From Trueperaceae bacterium (GTDB lineage: Bacteria > Deinococcota > Deinococci > Deinococcales > Trueperaceae), in NCBI GenBank assembly GCA_040905465.1, contig JBBDRK010000017.1, positions 8,208 through 72,207 of the forward strand: a stretch of 64,000 nucleotides of DNA, given 5' to 3'. The position numbers and the translations under genes were made by a program. Positions within the stretch are counted from its first letter, which is position 1. Each line of letters opens with the position of its first letter. The notes beneath the pieces were generated by a model. That model was not told the DNA's origin. It ran no database searches and saw only the letters and a program-made list of their open reading frames with translations. Shown here piece after piece: positions 9,641 to 19,579 of this stretch.

Positions 9641-10261
9641 TTATGAAGTTGGCAGAGGACTTTTGGAGGACGCGCTCGGCCCAAACCGGTTACCATCGAG
9701 TCGATTGTAGGCGATCGGTAAAGTGGTCACGCGGCGCCGCGAGCCCATTCCCGCTATCTCGGGGTAGTCGACGCTCACCCAGGCCACGCCCTGGTCGCGC
9801 AATGACGCCTCGACCTCGGAGGTGTGCCACTCGGGGTTGCGAAATTCGATGGCCAGCGCCTCGCCTTCGAACCGGCTCACCAGATCGAGCAGGTAGCGGC
9901 TGTGGTCGGGGGTGCGGTGGAACGACCATGAGAACTGCGCCAGGAACGGCCCAAGCACTCGGGCTGCGCGCAGCGACTTGACCGAAGCGCGCAGCTGGCG
10001 GAAGCCGCCCTCGTCGGTGCTGCGTTCATGGGTCATCGAGCGGTGGGCCTTCACGGCGAAGCGCACGCGCCCGTCGCTCTTGCGCACCATTCCCTCGAAC
10101 GCCTTCTTGCCGGGAATATTGTAGAAGGAGGTGTTCAGCTCCACGGCATTGAAGTGCGGCGCGTACGCCTCGAGAAATTCCGACGAAGGAGCGCCTGGCG
10201 GGTAGATGATGCCCTTCCAGTCGTAGTTGGTGTAACCGCCGGTACCCATATAGAGTTCCAT
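9641..10261 (-). pseudogene. DUF72 (YecE-like) protein, C-terminally truncated
   Basis: GTGGYTNYDWKG, VELNTSFY, FAVKAHRSMTHE, AIEFRNPEW; similarity ends after YNRLDG. Confidence 0.8.
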
Positions 10262-10402
10262 CAGCTGGGGTGTCTCCTTCGCCCGGCGTGTGCTTGTCGG
10301 TTCTCACAGTACTTGAGCGCCTGGGCGGAAAGTAGCTGAGGTACGGCGCCGATTCGCCAGATAGTTCGTCGCCTTTGCCGACTGGGTAGGGCTACGGCCA
10401 AG

Positions 10403-10727
10403 AAGCCGGGTCAGAACGGGTTGTGGATGACGATTCCCGAGTGGTTGCGGCCGTCCTGCATGTCCTCACTAAATATGCGCTCCGCGCCTGCGGCCAGTGC
10501 CGCCTCCACGATCAAAGCGTCCCACAGCGAGAGCATGTCGGTTTCACTTCGCTCGGCGGCCCGCACAATCATCTTGGCGTCGATCTCGGTTGGCGAGAAG
10601 GCGCTGAGCCGGCGCACGACGTCGACCGCGTCGGTTGGGGGAAGGGGGTCGGCCAGCTTTCGAGTCACAGTCACATAGAAGTCCTGGAGCACCTGGGTGC
10701 TCAGCAGGAGAGTGTCAGCAGCTGCGT
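10403..10727 (-). pseudogene. vapC: 5'-truncated vapC copy, near-identical to 44678-45002
   Basis: About 325 bp direct duplication of the intact PIN gene; lacks the N-terminal DTN motif. Confidence 0.9.
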
Positions 10728-10744
10728 TGACCGATTGAGAACAC

Positions 10745-10888
10745 CGTTGGCTTATCAGGCGGCGAACTGCACGTGCTTGGTCGCAAAAGGAGCTTGCGCG
10801 TAAGCTCGGTGTTTTAGAGGCGCAGGTGTCGCGGGATGAAGCGAATGAGTACCACAACGTCCCTACCGAGAAGGCACAGAGGATCCCG
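10745..10888 (+). pseudogene. XRE HTH protein remnant
   Basis: Own translation: RWLIRRRTARAWSQKELARKLGVLEAQVSRDEANEYHNVPTEKAQRI; no start codon. Confidence 0.6.
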
Positions 10889-10995
10889 GCGCAAACAGCA
10901 TTCTTATTTTTTTGCTTTTGCCGACACCCCGAGCAATCTCCGCGCCTCTTCCACAATCCTGTTGGGCAACGGACCAACCGGACGCGCGCAGTCCA

Positions 10996-11028
10996 CATCC
11001 CATATCCCGGGACATGGGATGCTACTAT
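10996..11028 (+). promoter_or_regulatory. 26-bp palindrome operator plus -10 box of a leaderless gene
   Basis: CATCCCATATCCCGGGACATGGGATG (12 of 13 pairs match) then TACTAT 5 nt before ATG 11034. Confidence 0.65.
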
Positions 11029-11033
11029 GGCTT

Positions 11034-11534
11034 ATGCTGCAGCCGCTCGACGTACTCGTCTGTCTGAAGCTGGTCGTGGTCAACGATCCCACACTAAGCT
11101 TCGAAGATCTTGAGCAGGGGACAGGCATCGCTTCCTCCAGCATTCATCGAGCTGTAGTGCGGGCGCGGGCAGCGGGTCTCTTGACAGCAGAACGTCGTGT
11201 TAATCGAAGCGCGCTGCTGGAGTTCGTCCTACATGGCGTTCGTTACGTCTATTACGTGGAAGAAGGTGGGCGTACACGTGGTTTACCGACTGCTCATGGT
11301 GCGCCGCCACTTTCCAACCTGATCACAGGCGGCGATGATGTGCCGGTTTGGCCCGATCCACTGGGGAGCGTCCGCGGGTACGCTATTGAGCCATTGCACA
11401 AGGAGGCGCCCAACGCAGCGCGGCGCGATCAGAAACTCTATGAGCTTTTGGCACTTGTCGACGCCTTGCGTATCGGCCGCGCCCGAGAACGTAAGCTAGC
11501 GCAGGAGGAACTCAGTAAGAGGCTCAAAAGGTGA
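11034..11534 (+). CDS. Winged-HTH hypothetical protein, putative antitoxin of the adjacent nucleotidyltransferase
   Basis: N-terminal HTH; LLEFVLHGVRY, TRGLPTAH, PVWP, LYELLALVDALRIGRARER; stop overlaps next GTG. Confidence 0.75.
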   Translation: MLQPLDVLVCLKLVVVNDPTLSFEDLEQGTGIASSSIHRAVVRARAAGLLTAERRVNRSALLEFVLHGVRYVYYVEEGGRTRGLPTAHGAPPLSNLITGGDDVPVWPDPLGSVRGYAIEPLHKEAPNAARRDQKLYELLALVDALRIGRARERKLAQEELSKRLKR

Positions 11535-12233
11535 ACTCCACGGTCTTGGCCAACCTGAGTCGCGTAGCCAGAATTCTCGAAGATCTCGGCCTGGACGACG
11601 TCGTTTTCGTTGGAGATGCAGCAGTTGGCTTGCTAACTTACAGACCTGGGCGCGCCCGAGTCAAGGCTCACTAAGGACGTGGACGTAGTGACGCCGGTGG
11701 CATCTCGAACTGCGTATAACGCACTGGAGGAGCGATTGCGGGCGGCGGGATAATCGCAACCAACCGGCGAGAGCGTTCCGATATGTCGATGGCTGATGGA
11801 TGGCGTTCCCGTGGATCTCATGCCTCCCGACGAGACAATCCTTGGCTTCTCGAACCGCTGGTACTACTCAATTATCGAACACGCTGTACCGATGGCACTG
11901 CCAGGTGGAACAACCATACGGCTTGCAAGCGGCCCCTTCTTGATAGCTTCGAAACTCGAAGCCTTCCATGGTCGCGGAGAAGGTCACTACCGGTACAGCC
12001 ACGATATCGAAGACATCATCGTCGTACTTGACGGGCGCATGGAGATTGTGGATGAGATCCGCCAAGCTCCCAGCGATGTACGTTCCTACCTCGCTGCCGA
12101 GTTTGGGAAGCTTCTGGGTGACGAGGATTTTGTAGAAGGGATCGGCGACCACCTGTTGCCGGACGCTGCGAGTCAACAGAGAACAGACATTATCCGCGAG
12201 CGGATGCGGCGGATTAGCGAAAGCGATCGCTGA
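11531..12233 (+). pseudogene. Nucleotidyltransferase-fold (AbiEii-like) protein, inactivated
   Basis: VVFVGDAAV...RLTKDVDVV...SKLEAF...SHDIEDI; +1 frameshift near 11636 and in-frame TAA at 11751-11753. Confidence 0.75.
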
Positions 12234-12662
12234 TGATCTTTTCCTCGACAAGCAGACAAGCCGGCCACCATCGATCAAGCCCTCACTTGTGGGCGCGTTG
12301 ACCTGGCACTGTTCTCGACATACTCCGAGGTGCTTTTTCTCAACATTACGGGCGGGACTCTCGGCGACGGCACCTTTCTTGCCGGCGAGTTCAACGAGGA
12401 GGCGTTCTTCTTGACACTCTCGCGGAACGTCTCGCCGACGAGAGTTGCTGTTTCGATGATAATTCTCGAATGGAGCAGAGGGCATGGATTGCGCATCTGG
12501 GGTGGAGCAAACTCGAGGAGACCTCCTTGGGGAATGCCGGCTCATTGACCGCTCGGATCGGTAGCTACCGCTTCTTCCAACACTCGCAATGGCTTTGGGG
12601 CACGCCGGCCTTCCGAAATCTCAGCCAAATCGGGCAGAGTTGATCAAGGCATCATGCAATCC

Positions 12663-15600
12663 TTATGGGCCCACCTCGTTACTCGAGTTATTTATACGCC
12701 GGCCCCCGCTTTTCAGATCCGCCAGCGCGCAGAGTGTATTCGCCAACCGCATCTGCTCGATCGATTCGCATTTCACTTCACGAAGCCGGGGGCTTCCGAA
12801 CACCACAGCCAGCCCCTTTGCGCGCGAGACCGCCACGTTGATTCGATTCAGTGAGAAGAGGAATTCCATGCCTCGTGGCGTTTCTTCTGCTGAGGAGGCG
12901 GTCATTGACACGAGGCAGATCGGTGCCTCCTGTCCCTGGAACTTGTCCACCGTGCCAACGCGGATCGTCTCCGGCAGCGCCTCGCGCAAAGCATTGACCT
13001 GCGCGTTGTAGGGCGCCACAACGATGATGTCGGAGCCGATCATCGGGCGCGTCGTGCCGTCCTTGTCGGTCCAATGGCCTCGCATCAGTTCCTCGGCGGC
13101 ACAGCGGATGGCCTCCACCTCCTCGGGCGAGACCTGCGCGTTGCCGGCATGCGCGATTGGCGCCCAGAAGGCTCCCGTATGCGGGAAGGCCGTGCCGGTC
13201 ACGGCTTGGCGAGCGGTATCGGGGTGGCTTGCCAGCCGCCCTTCATAGACCTGATCCGAAATGAACCGGCAGACGTCCGGATGCATCCGCCGTGAGACAG
13301 GAAGGAAGATTCCTCGCTCGGGCGCGATCGTAGCGTGATCGCCAAGCAGCCACTCCAAGCAGGAAAGGTTGGCAGGGTGCGGGTGGGCACCCTGTATGAC
13401 CTGGGGCAGCTGGCGCGGATCCCCGACCAGCACGATGTTTCGTGCCGCTCGACCCATAGCGAGCAGGTTGGCGAGGCTGACTTGTCCCGCTTCGTCGACG
13501 AAGAGCCAGTCGAAGTTCTGTGCAAACTCGGGCCGGGAAAAAAAGAAGGCCGTTCCGCCAACGATGCTCGCGGACGACAACACCGGATGGTCGTTGGAGG
13601 TGGTTCGGGTTATCCCCGTGAACCCCTCGGGGTAGCCGTCATCATCGCCGCTCACCTTGTGTGCTATCGCAAGACGATCGATCCTGCTAAAGGCGTCATC
13701 GTCCCTGAGCGCATCGAGACAGTCCATGAGGACCTTGCGAATCGCCTCGTGGCTTGTCGACGCGACGCCCACTCGATGTCCCTCGTTCACCAATGACAGG
13801 ATCGCCCGAGCGGTGACGTAGGTCTTGCCGGTGCCGGGAGGCCCCTGAACCGGCAGGACCGTGCCGTCCATGCCAGCGACGGCTGCGATAGTACCTTCGA
13901 CTGGATCGGCACCGTCGAGAATATCCGAGCGGGGCCCGCCCTTTAAACGAGGGGCGGCACGAGCCAGCGTATCACCGAGCGCCGTGAAACGCTGCGGACC
14001 ACAATGGTCGGCAATGACATCACGCAGAGCTTCGGCGATGACATCGGTATTCAGCGGCCAGTCCGGATGCAGCGTCAACCTGTCGGCGAGCAGGTGCGCC
14101 TTGGCATTGCCGACCTTGACGGTAACTTCCCGTTTCAACCGGTCGAGCTCGTGGATGTTGATGGTCGCGGGTGGGCCGTCGAGAACTGGGACGGTGGCCC
14201 TCTTTCCAGCGCGCAGCTTCGTCTCCTGCAGTGGAAAGCGGTAAGTGCGGGCCATCGACCTCTTGATCGGCTCGGCCGGACCAACTGCCTCGAGCCCCGC
14301 CAGGGCATCGAGATCGTCGATCAGATCGTCCTCGTCCTTGCCGACGCTGTCGAACACTGCCCATTGCGCCGGCTTGGCTTCACGCCTGTGAAAGAGGCCA
14401 AGGTTGAACAGCATCTCCTGCTGGTCAGCGGAGAGTCCGCTGACCAGCAGTTCGGCTTTGAACGCCTGTGTCTCCGCGTCCTCCTCGATCTCCTTGTCAT
14501 CAGCCGGCTCACCGAGCACGGGCCATGGCCCACCCGGCCTGATGCTGACGAGCCAGTCGCGCAGCTCGTGTGTGGAGATGCAATCGATGCGGTTGTAGTC
14601 CTCGATCTCATCGAGGATCTGTTGGTCGCCGGTCTCGCGCCAACGCTCGTAGGCAACGACAGAACCGCCAGCCGTTTTCACCTCACCTTCGCGCGTCCGG
14701 CCGTAGAACGCCTCCATCGACTTGATCGAATAGTTCGGCTCCGATCCGATCATGGCGCCGCGCACGACGGCATAGAGATCGACAAAGCGGCGCTCGCGCA
14801 GCAGGCGATCGAGGAAGGCCTCGCCGATCCCGAATTTCGTGGTCAGCCGCCGCAGCGCGGTGATCTCGTACGGTGCGTAGTGATAGATGCGCGCCGCTGG
14901 GTAGGAGGTGAGCCGCGAGCGGAAGAAATCCAGCAGATCAGAGAGCGACTGTGCCTCCGCGGCATTATCATGCGCCCAGAAGGCGCGGAACTCACCATCG
15001 AACCAGATGCCGTGCAGATACTCGAGACCACCTTCGAAGTGCGGATCCCCCTCGATGTCATAAAAGAGATCGCCCGGCCCTGGCTCCGGCAATAGGTCAA
15101 ATCCCTTGCCCGGCTCGTGCTCCCGCAGCTCCCAGGACGGATCCCCAGTCTTGCGTGCATTCTGCAACCTAGCTTGGGTGACCAAGCGTTTGCGGGTGGG
15201 CTCGGCCATTCCTCGGATGGGCTCATCGCGTGCAGCGAGGGCTTCCATCGTCCGCACGCCGGAGGCTTCCAGCTTCTTCGCTTGCCCACGGGTGATGTTG
15301 GCCACGTTGAACAGGCTGTCCTCGGCCTGCCAGACCTCCGCACAGTGATCGCCCCAGCGACAGAGGGCGCAGTCAGCGCACGGCGCAGGACGTGTTTCTG
15401 CAGGATTGGCGATGAAGGTCTCGAGGCGGGAGCGCGCTTCTCGGGCATAGGCAGCATAGTCGGCAAGCCGAAATGTGGCACGGGAGCCATCACCCAGTTC
15501 GACATGGGCATATTCAGGTGCCACACCCTGAATATCTGTCAGCAGGTCGGAGTAGAGCACGAGTTGCAGGACGTGCTTGGGATGTGGACGGCGTTTCAGC

Positions 15601-16001
15601 TTGGTATCGGCGACCTGGTAGCTGAATGGTCCGAGCGCGGAAGGCTGCTCGACACGTTCCAGGAAATCCGGCCAACCGCCCCAGTTGCCGGATACGAAAG
15701 CGCCTTGAAAGATCACATCCGGACCTTCGGCCAAGGCGGCACGAGTAGTCTCGGCATCCTTCGCTAATTCTCTGCGATCAATCTCGACAACCGACTGGCC
15801 GTCATCCTTGAGCCGCTTCAGGTGCGCTGTCTCATGGGCATCGCCCTGCTTTTGCAGAAGTCGGGCGTCATCGCTATCCTCGCGCGGCGTCGGGCCACGG
15901 CCCTGCAAATGCGCCAGGTCGAGCGTAGTCGCATGAGTGCACCCCGTGAAGCGCATAAGGTCGGAGGTTGACAGTAGAAGTTGACCGTCGAGGATCCTCA
16001 T
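12663..16001 (-). CDS. TM0106-family RecB-like nuclease fused to RNase H-like domain and SF1 (Dna2/Upf1-like) helicase
   Basis: PDFL...DTK nuclease motif with Cys cluster; FYDIEGD; QGPPGTGKT, DEAGQ, LVGDPRQL, PYNAQV, TVDKFQGQE, NVAVSRAK. Confidence 0.9.
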   Translation of the reverse strand: MRILDGQLLLSTSDLMRFTGCTHATTLDLAHLQGRGPTPREDSDDARLLQKQGDAHETAHLKRLKDDGQSVVEIDRRELAKDAETTRAALAEGPDVIFQGAFVSGNWGGWPDFLERVEQPSALGPFSYQVADTKLKRRPHPKHVLQLVLYSDLLTDIQGVAPEYAHVELGDGSRATFRLADYAAYAREARSRLETFIANPAETRPAPCADCALCRWGDHCAEVWQAEDSLFNVANITRGQAKKLEASGVRTMEALAARDEPIRGMAEPTRKRLVTQARLQNARKTGDPSWELREHEPGKGFDLLPEPGPGDLFYDIEGDPHFEGGLEYLHGIWFDGEFRAFWAHDNAAEAQSLSDLLDFFRSRLTSYPAARIYHYAPYEITALRRLTTKFGIGEAFLDRLLRERRFVDLYAVVRGAMIGSEPNYSIKSMEAFYGRTREGEVKTAGGSVVAYERWRETGDQQILDEIEDYNRIDCISTHELRDWLVSIRPGGPWPVLGEPADDKEIEEDAETQAFKAELLVSGLSADQQEMLFNLGLFHRREAKPAQWAVFDSVGKDEDDLIDDLDALAGLEAVGPAEPIKRSMARTYRFPLQETKLRAGKRATVPVLDGPPATINIHELDRLKREVTVKVGNAKAHLLADRLTLHPDWPLNTDVIAEALRDVIADHCGPQRFTALGDTLARAAPRLKGGPRSDILDGADPVEGTIAAVAGMDGTVLPVQGPPGTGKTYVTARAILSLVNEGHRVGVASTSHEAIRKVLMDCLDALRDDDAFSRIDRLAIAHKVSGDDDGYPEGFTGITRTTSNDHPVLSSASIVGGTAFFFSRPEFAQNFDWLFVDEAGQVSLANLLAMGRAARNIVLVGDPRQLPQVIQGAHPHPANLSCLEWLLGDHATIAPERGIFLPVSRRMHPDVCRFISDQVYEGRLASHPDTARQAVTGTAFPHTGAFWAPIAHAGNAQVSPEEVEAIRCAAEELMRGHWTDKDGTTRPMIGSDIIVVAPYNAQVNALREALPETIRVGTVDKFQGQEAPICLVSMTASSAEETPRGMEFLFSLNRINVAVSRAKGLAVVFGSPRLREVKCESIEQMRLANTLCALADLKSGGRRINNSSNEVGP

Positions 16002-16111
16002 CAGAACTCCTTTGCGCGCCTCACCGAAATCCTCGCTGGGTCACTGCATCAACTATATCGTCTGGAACTCGTAGCCCAAAATCTTAAGTATGCCGTGTCG
16101 AGGCTCGGCCG

Positions 16112-17263
16112 CTAACTCTCGATCAGTTCCCCGTCGCCTAGGCGCTGGACGAACGCGTTCGCCGGAAGGATGAGGATCCCGTCGCTGGTCCTTCGGCTCT
16201 TGCCTTCCAGGCATACGACTACGCGTTGACTCACACCGGGGTGATCCTTGGCCAGTTCGCGAAGGCCCTTCAGGTGGTGGTCCCTCACCGTGGCGGCGGC
16301 CTTCGCCTCGATGGCCACTTTCATGTCGTTGACGATGAAGTCGACCTCGACCCCGGTGGTGAGCCGCCAGTAGCTGAGGCGGGCGTATGACTCCGAATAC
16401 GAGTTGTGAGCCGCCAATTCATGATGCACCCAGTTCTCGAACGCCTTGCCGTACAGCTCGGAGCCAGGGGTCAGTTTGCCCCGGCGTGCCAAGTGGTTCA
16501 CCACCCCAACGTCGGAGAAGTAGAACTTTGGAGCGACAGCTACTCGGCGCTTTGGTCGCCTCCGGTATGCGGGCAGCCAGCGGCCCAGGAGCGTGTCAAC
16601 GAGTATTTCGAAGTAGGATTTGACGGTATGGCTGGAGACGCCGGTTTCGCGCGCGATGTTCGTGAAGTTCACTGGCTCGGTGTCGCCTAGCGCGGCGAGG
16701 GACAGGAAGTCCGCAAACGCCGGCACGTTGCGTACCAACGCCTCGGCAGCCACCTCTTCACGCAGGTAGTCGGAGACGTATGCGTTCAAGAGGCGTTCGG
16801 GCCGGTCGGAGAGGTAGGCCCGGGGTAGGTACCCGTGGTTGAGTAGGCGGTTGATGTCGGCGTCCCTGCCGACCTCGTTAGCGGTTAGCCCGAAGAGCTC
16901 GCGCCGAACGGCCCGGCCCCCGAGCAAGTTCGCTCCCCTGCGCTTCACCTTGCGGGCGCTCGAGCCGCAAAGTGCGAACTGCACGGAACTGTTCTCGAGC
17001 AGCCAGTGAACCTCGTCGAGTAGCGCCGGGACCTTCTGGACTTCGTCGATGACCACCTGGTTGGTGGGCCGGGCCGAAAGCTCCTCGCGTAGAAGCTCCG
17101 GTCTTTGCAGGTAGCGGCGGTACTCCTCGGACCTGAGGAGATCTATCCAGCGGGCGTTCGGGTACGCCTCGTGAAGCAGGGTAGACTTTCCGGTTTGCCG
17201 TGGTCCCCATAGGAAAAACGTCTCGGTCCCGGACGGTGGAAACCCAATCAATCGCTTGAACAT
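16112..17263 (-). CDS. AAA_14 ATPase with DUF4143 C-terminal domain
   Basis: GPRQTGKST, IDEVQK, CGSSA, PKFYFSDVG, EVDFIV...IEAK. Confidence 0.88.
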   Translation of the reverse strand: MFKRLIGFPPSGTETFFLWGPRQTGKSTLLHEAYPNARWIDLLRSEEYRRYLQRPELLREELSARPTNQVVIDEVQKVPALLDEVHWLLENSSVQFALCGSSARKVKRRGANLLGGRAVRRELFGLTANEVGRDADINRLLNHGYLPRAYLSDRPERLLNAYVSDYLREEVAAEALVRNVPAFADFLSLAALGDTEPVNFTNIARETGVSSHTVKSYFEILVDTLLGRWLPAYRRRPKRRVAVAPKFYFSDVGVVNHLARRGKLTPGSELYGKAFENWVHHELAAHNSYSESYARLSYWRLTTGVEVDFIVNDMKVAIEAKAAATVRDHHLKGLRELAKDHPGVSQRVVVCLEGKSRRTSDGILILPANAFVQRLGDGELIES

Positions 17264-17266
17264 CGA

Positions 17267-17292
17267 CTTCAAAATATCATGAAATATTGAAG
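17267..17292 (-). promoter_or_regulatory. Interrupted palindrome immediately upstream of the ATPase start
   Basis: CTTCAA-N4-TCATGA-N4-TTGAAG. Confidence 0.5.
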
Positions 17293-17604
17293 GCGCGGTG
17301 CGGGTTCGCAGGGCTTTCGGGAGTTCGCAACGGTGCTCACGGCTGATGGCGTCTTCAGGCAAACGGCCACACGGTTTCGTTCACACGGGTACCCGAATTC
17401 CTATCGGCCTGGTACTGAGGTGGGGGATTAGTGCGACGTTAGCTGTCGCTACGGCTGCCTAGAGTGCACTTCCTGCTCGCCGGCGCGCCATGCGGCCCAC
17501 TAAGCGGCCTTTGTTGTCGGCGAGTGGACGCATGCAGGGGCCTCGCGATTATAGGGGCCAGAGGTGTAGCACAGGCTTCTAGCGCATGGAAAGGATCGGC
17601 CCTC

Positions 17605-18144
17605 GTGGCGGTACTCATCCAAGACCTAAACCTCATCGTCCGCGTTTCGACGCTCGCTCGGAAGTACCGGGGCGGTGTAATGCAGTTCCAGCGCGACTGG
17701 CTGGACGACGGCTTCTGCTGTGACGGGTTGTTGGCGAGAGTCGGCTCGCCGGCGAGGTCGGACATCGATGTGCTGATCGACCGGCTGCGAGAGGAGGGCT
17801 TCGTCATGGCGGACGAGTTCGGTTTCCGCGATATGGCCATCGTCGACGAACGGCGAGGGATGCCGGACGGCTGCCTGTGGCTCTGCACGGGCCGGCGGCC
17901 CGACGGAATGAGCTTCGCCTATCAGCGCGGCAGTGATCCCGACGCGCTCATCGCGATTCCCCACGGCTGGTCGGTCGCGTCCTGGCGAGCGCAGGAGCAG
18001 ATGCAGGCAACGGGGGATCCGCGGGCCCAGCTTCTCTTCATCAGGAGTGATGGTGAGTGCGACGTCTATCTGAACAGGCGAACCGGCCAGGAGGTCAGGG
18101 TGGTCAGGAGTGGGAAGCTTGCCGGTCCGCGCCTCGTCAACTGA
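17605..18144 (+). CDS. Hypothetical protein
   Basis: GTG start MAVLIQDLNLIVR after AAAGGA; GC-rich third positions. Confidence 0.55.
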   Translation: MAVLIQDLNLIVRVSTLARKYRGGVMQFQRDWLDDGFCCDGLLARVGSPARSDIDVLIDRLREEGFVMADEFGFRDMAIVDERRGMPDGCLWLCTGRRPDGMSFAYQRGSDPDALIAIPHGWSVASWRAQEQMQATGDPRAQLLFIRSDGECDVYLNRRTGQEVRVVRSGKLAGPRLVN

Positions 18145-18280
18145 GCTCTCCTGCCTGCGCCCGGGCCCTGAGAGAGATGCTGGCGCGCGAGGCGACATCC
18201 GCCCACTCCCTGCCGGCAAGGCGGGTACTCTTCGACGCAGATGAATGCCCGAGCGGACTTGCCCTCTCGAGAAGACGCCC

Positions 18281-19242
18281 ATGAGTGAACAAGTCGCCCA
18301 CCTGCGTGCCGAGATCGAAGCACTTGCGACGCAGGCCGGACGCTTGGTCGGTTCCGCCGGCCACGACCGAGCGAGGCGTTACCTCGAGGGGCGCCTCGGC
18401 GACCTGGGGCTGGTGCCTTACTCCGGCGAGTCATACTCGCTCGAGTACGCAGCCTCCTCCGCGCAGTTCACGAACCTGATCGCGGTCGCTCCCGGCCGCG
18501 ATCGAAACCTCACGCCCTTGCTGATCGGCGCCCATACGACACCGCTGGTGCGATGCCGGGCGCCGACGACAACGCCGCCGCCGTGGCTATCGCTTTGGGC
18601 GTGGCCGGGCGTCTCGCGGCCGAGCCGGCCAGGCGAGACGTGGTCATCGCGTTGTTCGACGCCGAGGAGCCTCCTTATTACCTTACTGACGCGATGGGCT
18701 CGACCTGGTTCTACCGGCAGCAGCGTCGGAGTGAGTTCCAGGCCGCCCTGATCATGGACTTGGTGGGTCACGACGTTCCGTTGCCGGCTCTCGGCGACCT
18801 TCTCTTCATCACCGGGATGGAGAGCAGCCCCTGCCTGGAGGGGGCCGTCCGGGGGGTGCCCAGCCTGGATGGTCTCCGCATCGTCACGGCGCTGAACCGT
18901 TACGTGGGAGATGTGAGCGATCACCACGTCTTCCGGCAGAATGGCACGCCGTACTTGTTCATGAGCTGTGGCAGGTGGGAGCACTATCACCTGCCGAGCG
19001 ACACGCCGGAGAAGCTCGACTACCTCAAGATGGCGCGGATCGCGCGGCTGTTGGAGCACCTGGTCCGCCACCTCGCCGATGGGGAGGATTGTGTTTCCGA
19101 GGTTTACGACACTACTCCCACCGACCTGGCCCTGATGAGGGCGAACCTCGGTCCGGTCGCTGAGGCGCTGGGGTTGCCGCTGGAGTCGCGAGCGGACATC
19201 GACCGCGTCGCCGGCATGCTCAACACCTTTCTTGGGATTTGA
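18281..19242 (+). pseudogene. M28 family peptidase, frameshifted
   Basis: LLIGAH[YD]T broken by a 1-bp deletion near 18535; continues PGADDNA, FDAEE, SDH, YHLPSD. Confidence 0.8.
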
Positions 19243-19579
19243 GCGTGCCGACGCCGCAAATCGCCGGACATCCTGGTATCCACGAGGACGACCAGTGAGC
19301 GCGGACGAGGCTCAGTGAAGGGAGGCAAGCGGATGACGGTCCGGGATCGCTATGGTGGTTGCAGCCATGAACACCGCGCCGAAGCTGTTTCTGCGGGAGA
19401 TCCTCTTCTTCCTGCTCGACTAACCGTCGCTCCTGAAAAGCTCCGACAGCTCCGGCTGTCGCGTTAGGAACTGCCGGGGATGGCTGATTCGTCGTATTCG
19501 ACTCGGCGGACCATGCTCTTGCCGAGGACGATCTGACCGGGCTCGACGACCATTCAGTCTGATTTGCGGATGAGGTAGT

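Noticed and set aside
10411-10998. Long ORFs spanning junctions (for example 10411-10998, 39510-40298, 44027-44953, 48935-49594) as novel fusion proteins
   Set aside because: Each reads from a real fragment into antisense or unrelated sequence; these are read-through artefacts of deletions.
12240-12660. Coding-like spacer after the nucleotidyltransferase
   Set aside because: No family could be recognised in any frame; it may be another relic but cannot be supported without a search.
12663-16001. Cas4 or a CRISPR-associated nuclease
   Set aside because: The Cas4-like nuclease fold is part of a TM0106-type nuclease-helicase fusion, with no array or other cas genes.
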